A stretch of 64,000 nucleotides of DNA from Candidatus Heimdallarchaeota archaeon (GTDB lineage: Archaea > Asgardarchaeota > Heimdallarchaeia > JABLTI01), in the NCBI GenBank assembly GCA_019058275.1, contig JAHLVW010000015.1, positions 64,001-128,000 of the forward strand, in the 5' to 3' direction. Both the position numbers and the translations under genes were made by a program. A model generated the notes under the pieces. That model was not told where the DNA came from, did not search any database, and was given only the letters and a program-made list of their open reading frames with translations. The first letter of the stretch is position 1. Each line of letters starts with the position of its first letter. Of this stretch, positions 19,643 through 28,768 are shown piece after piece.

Positions 19643-21025
19643 TTATTTATCGTATTTTCTTGCTACTACTACACCTGATATTGCGCTTTGCATAACACCT
19701 CGAGTTATACCTGCTCCATCACCAACGAAGTAGAGATTTTTGATATCCTTTGATTCTAAATTATCAGTCAAATCTATTCTAATACTATAGAGTTTAATTT
19801 CAGGAGCATATAACAAGGTATTTGGTCCATCAATTCCAGGCATTATTGCATTAAGGTGTGTTAGGAAATCTCTTAGATCACTCATAACTCTACTTGGCAT
19901 AGCAAAAGTGATATCACCTGCGACTGCACTCTGGAGAGTAGGTTTGATAACAGAACGTTCGAGTCGTTCAGGAGTAGAACGACGACCATTCTTTAAATCT
20001 TCAAATCTTTGAACTAATGGAGAATTTCCTCCTGAAAGCATATTCGCAAGATTTGCAACATGTTTTGCATATTCTATGGGTTGTTTAAATGGTTCTGTAA
20101 AATTACATGTAACAAGTATCGCAAAATTTGTGTTTGGACTTTTAATATCAGTACGGCTTTCGCCATTAACACAAGTACTCTCATTGTATCTTTCTGTGGT
20201 TACAAAACCACCAGGACATACACAAAAAGTACGGACACGATCTTCGTAGGTTTTAGTTACATATTCAATTTTGAACTCGTATAAATTCTCTGTGAATTCC
20301 TCACAATATTCATTTAAAGTTTCAACACGAACTCCAATATCAACAGCGTTATGAGAATAGTTTATTTTAAGAAGATCGCATTCAGATTTCAACCAATTAG
20401 TGCCACCACGACCAACACCCATAACGACATTTTTAGCTTTGTAAACTTTCCCATCGGAAGTTGATACACCTTCAACTTTTCCATTGTTAACGATGATTTT
20501 ATCGACTGTGGTTTTTAGTACAATATTAATTTTATCTTTTAGATATTGGTAGATATTATGCATAATTGCAGTAGCATTATCGGTTCCTAAATGCCTAATT
20601 GGGTAAGTAATTAATTTCATATTTTCTTTTCGACATTTACTTTCCAAGCGATCTACAAATTCGGGATCAGGACTAAAGTAGCGATCACCACCATTGCTGT
20701 AAGAAAGTACTGTTTTATCAACATATTCTGTTAAATCTATAAGCTCCTCTGAGGTGAGAAAGTCACTCATCCAACCTCCAACAGTACCAGAAACATCTTT
20801 GGTTATCTTACCATCAGACCAAGCACCAGCACCACCAAAACCACTTGTAATATCACAAGTTTTACAAGCTCTACAATCAGTATTGCTTTCTCTTCGGGGA
20901 CACTTTCTCTTATAGACCTCTTTTCCACTTTCAATTAGAGTAATCTTCTTAATCCCTTTATTCAACAATTCAAGTGCACAAAATATCCCAGCAGGACCTG
21001 CACCAACAATAACGAAATCGTCCAT
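19643..21025 (-). CDS. NAD(P)/FAD-dependent oxidoreductase (COG2509-like) with a Cys cluster
   Basis: GAGPAG Rossmann motif, CPRR..CRACKTC, GFGGAGAWSDGK, RTFCVCPGG, VGDGAG. Confidence 0.85.
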   Translation of the reverse strand: MDDFVIVGAGPAGIFCALELLNKGIKKITLIESGKEVYKRKCPRRESNTDCRACKTCDITSGFGGAGAWSDGKITKDVSGTVGGWMSDFLTSEELIDLTEYVDKTVLSYSNGGDRYFSPDPEFVDRLESKCRKENMKLITYPIRHLGTDNATAIMHNIYQYLKDKINIVLKTTVDKIIVNNGKVEGVSTSDGKVYKAKNVVMGVGRGGTNWLKSECDLLKINYSHNAVDIGVRVETLNEYCEEFTENLYEFKIEYVTKTYEDRVRTFCVCPGGFVTTERYNESTCVNGESRTDIKSPNTNFAILVTCNFTEPFKQPIEYAKHVANLANMLSGGNSPLVQRFEDLKNGRRSTPERLERSVIKPTLQSAVAGDITFAMPSRVMSDLRDFLTHLNAIMPGIDGPNTLLYAPEIKLYSIRIDLTDNLESKDIKNLYFVGDGAGITRGVMQSAISGVVVARKYDK

Positions 21026-21122
21026 TTGTTCTTACCTTGATTTCTTTTATTTACCAATTCAAAAATTCTTCGCTAGTTTTTCTAAAATTCTGACAACATT
21101 TATACAATTTGCGTGTTTTTTT

Positions 21123-22409
21123 CTATAATGAAAAAAGTAACAGAGCTAAATTGTTAAACAAGAGAAACATAACATAACCAAAAAGCATTAAGAAAACAAA
21201 AGGTAAGCCCGGGGTTACCCAAACAGTTTTTTTATCATGAATTTTTAGTTGCCAAATTGTTCTAAATTGTCTTTTTTCCATGACTTCTTCTTCATCTAGT
21301 CCCATGCATATTTTCAAACGCCATTCACCAGGTGGACTTTTTTTGGTCCCGTTGATTTTACCTTTTTTAGAAGTACCAACGTAATCTCCTTCTAATTCAC
21401 CTAATAATTCTCCATCAAATGATCCTTCAAAAATACCAGTGATTGTTCCAATGAAAATCCCATCTAATGGACCAGTATATTGTCCAGTATAGCTTATCAT
21501 TGAATTTCTAGACTTTATTTCGCTTTTCTCAGATTCAGTAGTCGAAAAGGTTTTTTTGTATTTTATGAGTACATGATCAATTACTTCATCATCATCTGAT
21601 TTTTCAATCTCTAGTTTCTTAGAAATTTCCTTTGCTTTTGTCAGAATTTCCTTTACATCTTGTTCATCAATTGGTTTGTCTAATTCTAAGAGGAATTTAC
21701 CAGTAATAGTACCAGTAAATTCACCATTCATTTTACCTTGAAAGATTCCTGTAAAGGTACCATCTAATCTCCCCTCAAAATCACCATTAAACTTACCTTT
21801 GAAAGATTGATTAATTAATTCCTCCATGAAATCATAATGAAGTTTTTCAACATTTATCTTGTCTACTTTCTTCCTAAAACCAAAGAGGAAACAACGAATC
21901 TTTTCAGAGGAGGAACCTCTTACTTCATCAAATAGTGACCCTCTTGTAGAGGTAATTGTATTAATAATCATAAGAACAATTGGATAAAAGAGAGCAATAA
22001 TTCCGGAATTGAGCAAAATAGAGAAGATTGATGTATCAATAATTGGTATGGAAGCAACAGAAATATCTAAGATATTCTTTTTAAGTGGATGTACTGGAGA
22101 GAGAATCGAGATAGCCCAAAGAGCTTTTGTATCAGCTCCACCCCAAACTCCTAGATAAAAGAGAATGAAGCCAAAAATAAAGCCTACAGTAATAGTTAGC
22201 AAAACATTAGCAAGAGGTTCAAAGTAGGAATTATCGCCTTCAAAATTTATAATATACAAGATATCTAAGATAATGCCAATTCCTGCCATCAAAACCCAAA
22301 TAATTTCTCTTCTAACTTCTCGGTATAAAAGATCCTTAATACCAGCATAAAGCAAAGCACCTAAAGTAAGAGTAGGAACTAAGATTTGATAAACATCCAT
22401 AAAAGCCAT
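21123..22409 (-). CDS. A24 prepilin/preflagellin peptidase (FlaK/PibD-like) with Gly-repeat insertions
   Basis: First Asp in AGIKDLLYREV, GGAD (GxGD-type) motif, C-terminal VWVTPGLPF, multiple TM helices. Confidence 0.85.
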   Translation of the reverse strand: MAFMDVYQILVPTLTLGALLYAGIKDLLYREVRREIIWVLMAGIGIILDILYIINFEGDNSYFEPLANVLLTITVGFIFGFILFYLGVWGGADTKALWAISILSPVHPLKKNILDISVASIPIIDTSIFSILLNSGIIALFYPIVLMIINTITSTRGSLFDEVRGSSSEKIRCFLFGFRKKVDKINVEKLHYDFMEELINQSFKGKFNGDFEGRLDGTFTGIFQGKMNGEFTGTITGKFLLELDKPIDEQDVKEILTKAKEISKKLEIEKSDDDEVIDHVLIKYKKTFSTTESEKSEIKSRNSMISYTGQYTGPLDGIFIGTITGIFEGSFDGELLGELEGDYVGTSKKGKINGTKKSPPGEWRLKICMGLDEEEVMEKRQFRTIWQLKIHDKKTVWVTPGLPFVFLMLFGYVMFLLFNNLALLLFSL

Positions 22410-22491
22410 TTTATCACATTCTTAAATTTTAAAGCCATCCAAAGTCCTTAACTAATGTTATTTACTAACTTGATTTTTTCGCATTTTTTTC

Positions 22492-23430
22492 TTAATTGTC
22501 TTTGTCTTCACCATCTTCATCTGGAGTACTAGGTCGTAAACAACCAGTACTAATTAAAATATTGCGTAATTTTTCAAGATCACCTTCTGATAATGGAAGC
22601 AAGGGTCTTCTAGGAATACCAACATTAACACCAAGAAGGTTCAAACTTGCTTTAATTGCAACAGGGAAAGTTCCTAATTTTAATCCTAATTCTAAAGGAA
22701 TCAACTTTGTTTGTATCTCTTCAAATTTCTTATTCATTTCAACATTGAATGCTTCAAACAATTCAACCAAAAGATTTGGAACAACATTTGCACTTGGGAC
22801 GATTGCTCCTTCAACTCCGGCTTCTTTGATTGCTTGAGGAACTAATAAACCACGACCAGTATAAACAAGAAAACCATCACTTACAGCTGCACTTATTTGA
22901 GGTATTTTCTTGAAATCGCTACTAACTTCAACGATCCCAACAACATTGCTTAATTTTGAAAGTCTGCCAATATGATCAACAGGTAAATCTAGTTTACAGA
23001 GATCTGGATCATTAACAAAAAGCAAGTTTGCATCTATTTTCGAACTAACATATTCGAAATGATTCACCAATTCTGGAATAGTTATTGTTGGTAGTCGAGG
23101 AGGGTAAACAACAAAGCCATCAGCTCCTGCATCAATAGCATACTTCGAAATCTCTAACAAACGATGAGTGGACTCAGAAGGGAGTCCAATATAGACTGGA
23201 ACAGCATTATTTACTTGATCTATTATCGTATCTATTACAGAATGATAATCCTCATTATTCAGGGAATATGGTTCACCACAAATACCTGTAGGTATGATTG
23301 CATTAATTTCACTGTTAATTAGAAAATCAACGAGCTCACGAAGACCTGCTAAATCTAAAGTTTCATCTTCGTTGAAAGGCGTAACGCACGGGCAACCTAT
23401 TCCTTTGAATTTCTTCCCCATTATTTTCAT
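22492..23430 (-). CDS. DapA/NAL-family TIM-barrel protein lacking the Schiff-base Lys
   Basis: VTPFNEDETLD, G..GE, GADG..V.PP, IKASLNLLG..PRRPL; the GIK motif reads GIV. Confidence 0.8.
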   Translation of the reverse strand: MKIMGKKFKGIGCPCVTPFNEDETLDLAGLRELVDFLINSEINAIIPTGICGEPYSLNNEDYHSVIDTIIDQVNNAVPVYIGLPSESTHRLLEISKYAIDAGADGFVVYPPRLPTITIPELVNHFEYVSSKIDANLLFVNDPDLCKLDLPVDHIGRLSKLSNVVGIVEVSSDFKKIPQISAAVSDGFLVYTGRGLLVPQAIKEAGVEGAIVPSANVVPNLLVELFEAFNVEMNKKFEEIQTKLIPLELGLKLGTFPVAIKASLNLLGVNVGIPRRPLLPLSEGDLEKLRNILISTGCLRPSTPDEDGEDKDN

Positions 23431-23445
23431 CTCAGTAAATCTATT

Positions 23446-23919
23446 TTAGTTCTTTTTTGTTTTTTTTCTCTTAGACTCAGCTTTCTTTAGCCCACACACA
23501 GGACAGAAATCTAAGGCAACATTAGGGTGAGCACAAAAGGAACAACTTGGCGATTCGACTTCTTTTGGTAACATTAATTCTCCAGTTGCAGAATCAAAAT
23601 AAACTAAAAGCTTTCCTTGCCCACGTAATTGAAGTAATAATACGCGTAAATAATCAACATCTAAAATTAAGTCTGAAGATAATTTATCAAGTGATATTGA
23701 ATCGACTTGTAAATTTGAAAAATACTTAAGGATTCTTCTCTCAATAATGTATTCTTCGAAAATACCAAATAAACCAGTTACGAAGAGAAGTATTCCAGGG
23801 AGAACTAACCAAACATCTCCGGGGATAAGTGGATGATTTGGCGTGAGAGCTCCCCAGATAATAAACAGCAAACCAAGAACAGTGCTAACAATATACCAAA
23901 TGTGATGTGTTTCACGCAT
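23446..23919 (-). CDS. Two-TM membrane protein with a winged-helix/PCI-like segment and a C-terminal zinc ribbon
   Basis: Two N-terminal hydrophobic helices; ISLDKLSSDL..LRGQGKL; CSFC..CPVCG. Confidence 0.6.
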   Translation of the reverse strand: MRETHHIWYIVSTVLGLLFIIWGALTPNHPLIPGDVWLVLPGILLFVTGLFGIFEEYIIERRILKYFSNLQVDSISLDKLSSDLILDVDYLRVLLLQLRGQGKLLVYFDSATGELMLPKEVESPSCSFCAHPNVALDFCPVCGLKKAESKRKKTKKN

Positions 23920-24055
23920 TTTATTGCCTTCAAAGATTAGTGTGTTTAATTTCTAGCTGTTAGAGGAATATACCTATTATTTGATGATAATAAAGCATTT
24001 TCGATAGTAGAGTGCATAAAAACCTTAAAACAAACATCTACTGAGGAAAACGAAA

Positions 24056-24835
24056 TTACATCTCGAAGATAGTATCTTCAGCAATTTGGGTTATTTCTTG
24101 ATGAGATTTCCTAAGTGCAGTGCGACCAAGATTGGTTAGTTCGTAAACTTTTCTTTCTCTATCGCCATCCCATTTTGATTTACTAACAATGTAATTTTTT
24201 TCAACTAACCTGTGGAGGGAGGGATAAATAGTACCTAAAGCTATTTTCTGACCAAAGTAGTCATCTAGCTTTTCAACCAATTCGTACCCATGAAGAGGGG
24301 ATTGATCCAAGATAAGCAAAATGCGGAATTGAGCTAAACTTTTGAGAAGTTCAATACCAGGAGCGTCAGAGTCAATGCTAGAAATTTGGATTTTCAAGAT
24401 GCTTTGGAGATTCTTTTGAGCATTATTCATGGCAATACGACCAAAACGAGTGCTAACATAGGTCTTACGTTTGCGACCAGAAATAATCATGGTAGTGCTT
24501 TGGATGTACTCTTTAGATTCCATCCTTTGAAGGAGAGGGTAAATGGTTCCAGGAGATAAACGGCGACAATAAATAGGTTCTAAGCGATTGGCAAGCTCAT
24601 AACCATGTTGAGGACCATGCTTAAGGATAAGAAGGATCAGTAATTGAGTTAAACCTGAGATAAGCTCATGACCAACATCATCTGAAGCATTATTCTCACT
24701 TCGGGTAGCAGTTTCACTTTTTTCAGGCAAATAACTCACAACAATATTAGTATGATAAGATATATTCCTATATTCATCATGGAATAATGCCCTTATTATA
24801 TTTATCCATTTCAAAATACGAATGAAAAAACTCAA
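24056..24835 (-). CDS. Tandem double PadR-family transcriptional regulator (start uncertain)
   Basis: Two repeats of HGYEL..GTIYP.L.R...(K/N).YI.S..RK.Y. Confidence 0.85.
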   Translation of the reverse strand: MSFFIRILKWINIIRALFHDEYRNISYHTNIVVSYLPEKSETATRSENNASDDVGHELISGLTQLLILLILKHGPQHGYELANRLEPIYCRRLSPGTIYPLLQRMESKEYIQSTTMIISGRKRKTYVSTRFGRIAMNNAQKNLQSILKIQISSIDSDAPGIELLKSLAQFRILLILDQSPLHGYELVEKLDDYFGQKIALGTIYPSLHRLVEKNYIVSKSKWDGDRERKVYELTNLGRTALRKSHQEITQIAEDTIFEM

Positions 24836-24887
24836 AGAGAACTAGTAAAGAAAAGAAAAATAAAAAAAAGGAATAGAATCTAAAATC

Positions 24888-26294
24888 CTATTCTTTAGTT
24901 TTTTTAATTTTAACTTCGGTGATGACACCTACTGCAACAGTTTGACCCATGTCACGAGCAGCAAAACGACCCAAAGATGGATAATCAGTAAATTTCTCGC
25001 AAATGAATGGGGCAAATGGTTGGAAGGTAATCTCTGCAAAGTCACCGTTTAAAAGGTAGATATCTGGATTATATTCACCAGTTTTTACAAGTGATTTTCG
25101 TTGAGCAGATTTCTTGAGAACTTTGAATTTAACAATTTGACAAGCTTGAGCAGCTTGACCAAGATGAATGATAGGAGCATAACCCTTAGCCATACCGGTT
25201 GGTTGGTTAGCACCTGGTTTGGATAGGTTCTTCAAAATGAAAGTTCTAGCTACGAAGGTATCAACAAGCTTTGGTTCATCTTTACCAGGATGACCTATAA
25301 CATCACCTTTCAGAATCTCATTACGAGCAATGCCTTTAATGTTTAAACCAACATTGTCACCAGGTTCAGCTTTTGAAAGCTGTTCATGATGCATTTCAAT
25401 GGTTTGAACTTTGGCTTTTTGCTTGGAGATTGGGAAGATAACTTCATCACCAGGTTTCAAGATACCAGATTCAATTTTACCTACTGGAACAGTACCAACA
25501 CCTTTAATGGCATAAACATCTTGAATGGGCATTCGAAGAGGTTTACCAGTTGGTTTTTCAGGAACACTAAAATCATTGAGAGCAACCATAAGTGAAGGAC
25601 CCTTATACCAAGCCATTTTATCGCTCTTACTAACAAGACCGTCACCAGTCATACCGCTAGTTGGGACGAACTTGATGTTAGCAACACGTTCTTTTGAAAC
25701 TAAACCAGACTTAACAAAACCATCAATGAGAGCTCGAACACGCTCAACGACGTTATTGTAGCCAGCCTCTTTGAATTGAACAAGATCCATCTTGTTAACA
25801 GCAACAACAATTTGGTTGATGCCAAGAGTGATGGCTAAAGTTAAGTGCTCAATAGTCTGACCACCAGGGATACGACGATCGCCCTTAGGAGTCTTCTCAA
25901 CACGTTCAAGTGATAAACCAGACTCAAGGTCGTTCTTTTCAGCGGAAACGACAAGAATGGCAGCATTGGCTTGAGAAGCACCAGTAATCATGTTCTTAAC
26001 GAAGTCCCGGTGACCAGGAGCATCAATAATAGTAAAAACAGTACTCTTGGTCTCAAACTTGAAGAAAGAAACGTCAATGGTTAAACCACGCTCACGCTCT
26101 TCTTGGAGTTTTTGCAAGACCCAAGCATATTTCCAGGAAGGTTTGCCGATCTTCTCAGATTCCTCAGCATACTTGTCAATCAAACGCTTGTCAACAGCGC
26201 CAGCAAGAAAGAGCATGTGCCCAGTCATGGTGCTCTTGCCATGATCGACGTGCCCTATTACTACTAGGTTTAAATGGGGTTTATCATCGGCCAT
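24888..26294 (-). CDS. tuf: Translation elongation factor EF-1 alpha, divergent
   Basis: KPHLNLVVIGHVDHGKST, ERERGLTI, DAPGHRDFVKNMITGASQA, NKMD, LGRFAARDMGQTVAVG. Start placed at MADDK. Confidence 0.92.
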   Translation of the reverse strand: MADDKPHLNLVVIGHVDHGKSTMTGHMLFLAGAVDKRLIDKYAEESEKIGKPSWKYAWVLQKLQEERERGLTIDVSFFKFETKSTVFTIIDAPGHRDFVKNMITGASQANAAILVVSAEKNDLESGLSLERVEKTPKGDRRIPGGQTIEHLTLAITLGINQIVVAVNKMDLVQFKEAGYNNVVERVRALIDGFVKSGLVSKERVANIKFVPTSGMTGDGLVSKSDKMAWYKGPSLMVALNDFSVPEKPTGKPLRMPIQDVYAIKGVGTVPVGKIESGILKPGDEVIFPISKQKAKVQTIEMHHEQLSKAEPGDNVGLNIKGIARNEILKGDVIGHPGKDEPKLVDTFVARTFILKNLSKPGANQPTGMAKGYAPIIHLGQAAQACQIVKFKVLKKSAQRKSLVKTGEYNPDIYLLNGDFAEITFQPFAPFICEKFTDYPSLGRFAARDMGQTVAVGVITEVKIKKTKE

Positions 26295-26559
26295 TTTTTT
26301 GTACACCTATTATATTTTCGTTTTTTTTATTCTCAAATTCCTTTTGATTTGATATTCGCAGATTGCCTTTTTTCTCTTTAAGAATTTTTTGTATGGATTA
26401 GTAATTAGAGAAACTCTCTGCATTCTAGAGGTTTTCTCTATTGATTATAAAATTTGTGTTAATTTGCTTGTTTGTCATCACCATCTTCTATTTTCTCCTC
26501 TTCCAAAGCTATTATTCATTCATTTGATATTTACATTCATACATAGTAGACAATTTTAG

Positions 26560-26599
26560 AAAAAAAAAAGAATTCTTAGAATATGTTTTATCTAAGAAT
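26560..26599 (-). terminator. Hairpin plus oligo-T terminator
   Basis: ATTCTTAGA/TCTAAGAAT 9-bp inverted repeat (26572-26599), followed on the minus strand by a T-run. Confidence 0.6.
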
Positions 26600-26601
26600 A
26601 T

Positions 26602-27036
26602 CTAGTAATAAAAAACTCCCATAGTTACATATACAAACGTAGCAATGAAAGATAAGATTCCAAGTATGAAAAATAAAATTGTCAATATTTTAATAATTTT
26701 ATATCTCATTGCAGTTGGGGTGTGTTGCTCTTTTACAATCCATATGAAATCTGTATTAAAACATAATTTACCCTTTGTATTTGGTTTAGGAATTACAACT
26801 GGTAGTACATAATTTACTACTGCTAAAGATAAAAATAACATTGGAAATAATATCATTCTAAAGAACCAGTCAGAGAATTCATTGTTGAGTGATATGAAAA
26901 TATGACTAAATAGTATTGCAAATAAGAAATTTATAAACATTACAGCTACTGTTGTTCCACCAATAATTTTGAAGTCAAATTTAAACTGTTTAATTGCTTC
27001 TTGTTGTGCATCAAATACTTCATTTTCTGTTTCCAT
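26602..27036 (-). CDS. Small three-TM hypothetical membrane protein
   Basis: Three hydrophobic segments; 16 bp downstream of the preceding gene. Confidence 0.6.
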   Translation of the reverse strand: METENEVFDAQQEAIKQFKFDFKIIGGTTVAVMFINFLFAILFSHIFISLNNEFSDWFFRMILFPMLFLSLAVVNYVLPVVIPKPNTKGKLCFNTDFIWIVKEQHTPTAMRYKIIKILTILFFILGILSFIATFVYVTMGVFYY

Positions 27037-27052
27037 TAATAGATGTCATCTC

Positions 27053-28528
27053 CTAATTATTTTCAATACAAATAAATAGTATAGACAAAAGGATTGCTAT
27101 AACAACAATTGCTATGCCAATAATAAAAAGAAATGAACCTAATGTACTTGACAAAACCGTCCAGCCAATCCCTAAAGCCTTAAATAGTGGGATTTCAATT
27201 GCTTTTTTTATAGCCAAATATTCAAGTCCTTTCCATATTAAACCCAAACCTAATGCTCCAATAAGAGCAACCAAACCTGCTTTTAATGGAATTTTAGTAT
27301 CTGGATTTGTATCATTATTGGTTAAAATCTCATAAAATGCAACAAGATCAAATGTATATTCCTCACTTTCAGATATACCATTTATTTTAATATCTTGGAT
27401 TTGAACATAGTCTAATGTATCACAATCTGTAAATACAGTTGCATTAAATTCAATTAAATTATCACTTATTTTATATGTCTGATAACCTATTTGTCTTAGG
27501 ATTTCATTAGACATTGTAAACTTTACTAGATACCACTTATGATTTAACATAAAATTACCTAAATCAGTGATACTTGACTCTGTCTCTAAATCCCAATAAT
27601 AGCCACCTTCCCAACCGGTATATGCATAACAAAAACCATCAAATAATGATTGTTTATCAACATTGGTAGTTTCCGATATAATTTTTATTGCATCGATATA
27701 TGTTATTGAGCTGGTTGTTCTTGCAGAAATCCCAGGATGACCTTCATTAAGTCTGCTAGTATCATTAACTGTGTCATAACTAAATGTAGGAGTAGAAGAA
27801 AATTCGTTATTTTTGGTAACCCAGGCATTTAATTGTGTTCCAACGACCTCAAATTTCATGTGCCACCACGCGTAATTGATATTCTCACCTAAATCATAGG
27901 TTACTAAAGGTGTCCAACCAATAGCTTCTCTTCTGTAAATCCTAGCATAATCAACGTATAATCGTAACATATATCCGTCTGTAAATGAAGGGGCGGATGA
28001 AGAATCTAGAGTTGTCGTTCGAAGCCAGAGTGTAGGATAAAGATAACAAGTTTCGAGATAGAAATATGCTTCTATTGATCCATCTTCAAATGATTGATCG
28101 AATTGTATACCATCATAAAGTTTGCCATTCGAATCTGATGTTGTTTTTAATGAATAGTAACCTTCTTTTGCAATAACGTTTGTTCTACTGAAGTAAGTTG
28201 GATTAGCGAAACTATAAGGATCAAGAGGTTCATATATCGTTTCAAAACCTTGATAGTAGGTTTGTTGAATAAGATATTTCCCCTCATCATTGGTATTGCT
28301 ACCATCATCACCACCGCCATCACCACCACCACCAGGATCTAATACAACATCCATTGGTTCAAATCCAATATCTTGTACTGGATCAAACGATTGCGATTCA
28401 ATTTCAAGTAAATCATCAGCTATTTCAGTACTTGTCACATTCTTAACATGGGCTGGTAAGAATTGATTTACAGTTATACCTACCAATAAGCATATTATTA
28501 TTACACATAGATTTTTAGTTAATTTCAA
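27053..28528 (-). CDS. Secreted/membrane protein with a ConA/LamG-like beta-sandwich and a hydrophobic C-terminus
   Basis: Signal peptide; DPGGGGDGGGDDG linker; WWHMKFEVVGTQLNAWV..GHPGI..YIDAIKI beta-sandwich pattern; 2-3 C-terminal hydrophobic helices. Confidence 0.55.
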   Translation of the reverse strand: MKLTKNLCVIIICLLVGITVNQFLPAHVKNVTSTEIADDLLEIESQSFDPVQDIGFEPMDVVLDPGGGGDGGGDDGSNTNDEGKYLIQQTYYQGFETIYEPLDPYSFANPTYFSRTNVIAKEGYYSLKTTSDSNGKLYDGIQFDQSFEDGSIEAYFYLETCYLYPTLWLRTTTLDSSSAPSFTDGYMLRLYVDYARIYRREAIGWTPLVTYDLGENINYAWWHMKFEVVGTQLNAWVTKNNEFSSTPTFSYDTVNDTSRLNEGHPGISARTTSSITYIDAIKIISETTNVDKQSLFDGFCYAYTGWEGGYYWDLETESSITDLGNFMLNHKWYLVKFTMSNEILRQIGYQTYKISDNLIEFNATVFTDCDTLDYVQIQDIKINGISESEEYTFDLVAFYEILTNNDTNPDTKIPLKAGLVALIGALGLGLIWKGLEYLAIKKAIEIPLFKALGIGWTVLSSTLGSFLFIIGIAIVVIAILLSILFICIENN

Positions 28529-28768
28529 GTTTTTTTCCCTCTCATTGTTTATTCAATTTTGGAAAAAGAATGATTCCTAATCATATTAATAAATCATTTA
28601 GTCATTATAAATTTTATTTTTTTTCGTATTAATTAGTTTCATATGATAAACGCTTATTTATATAAAGACAATTCTAATGTATTATGAAAAACGCAGAAAA
28701 ATTGTCAGAGTTGCAGTTTTATAAGATTTTTCAGTAATAATGGAAAAAGAAGAGATGATTAAGCTAAA

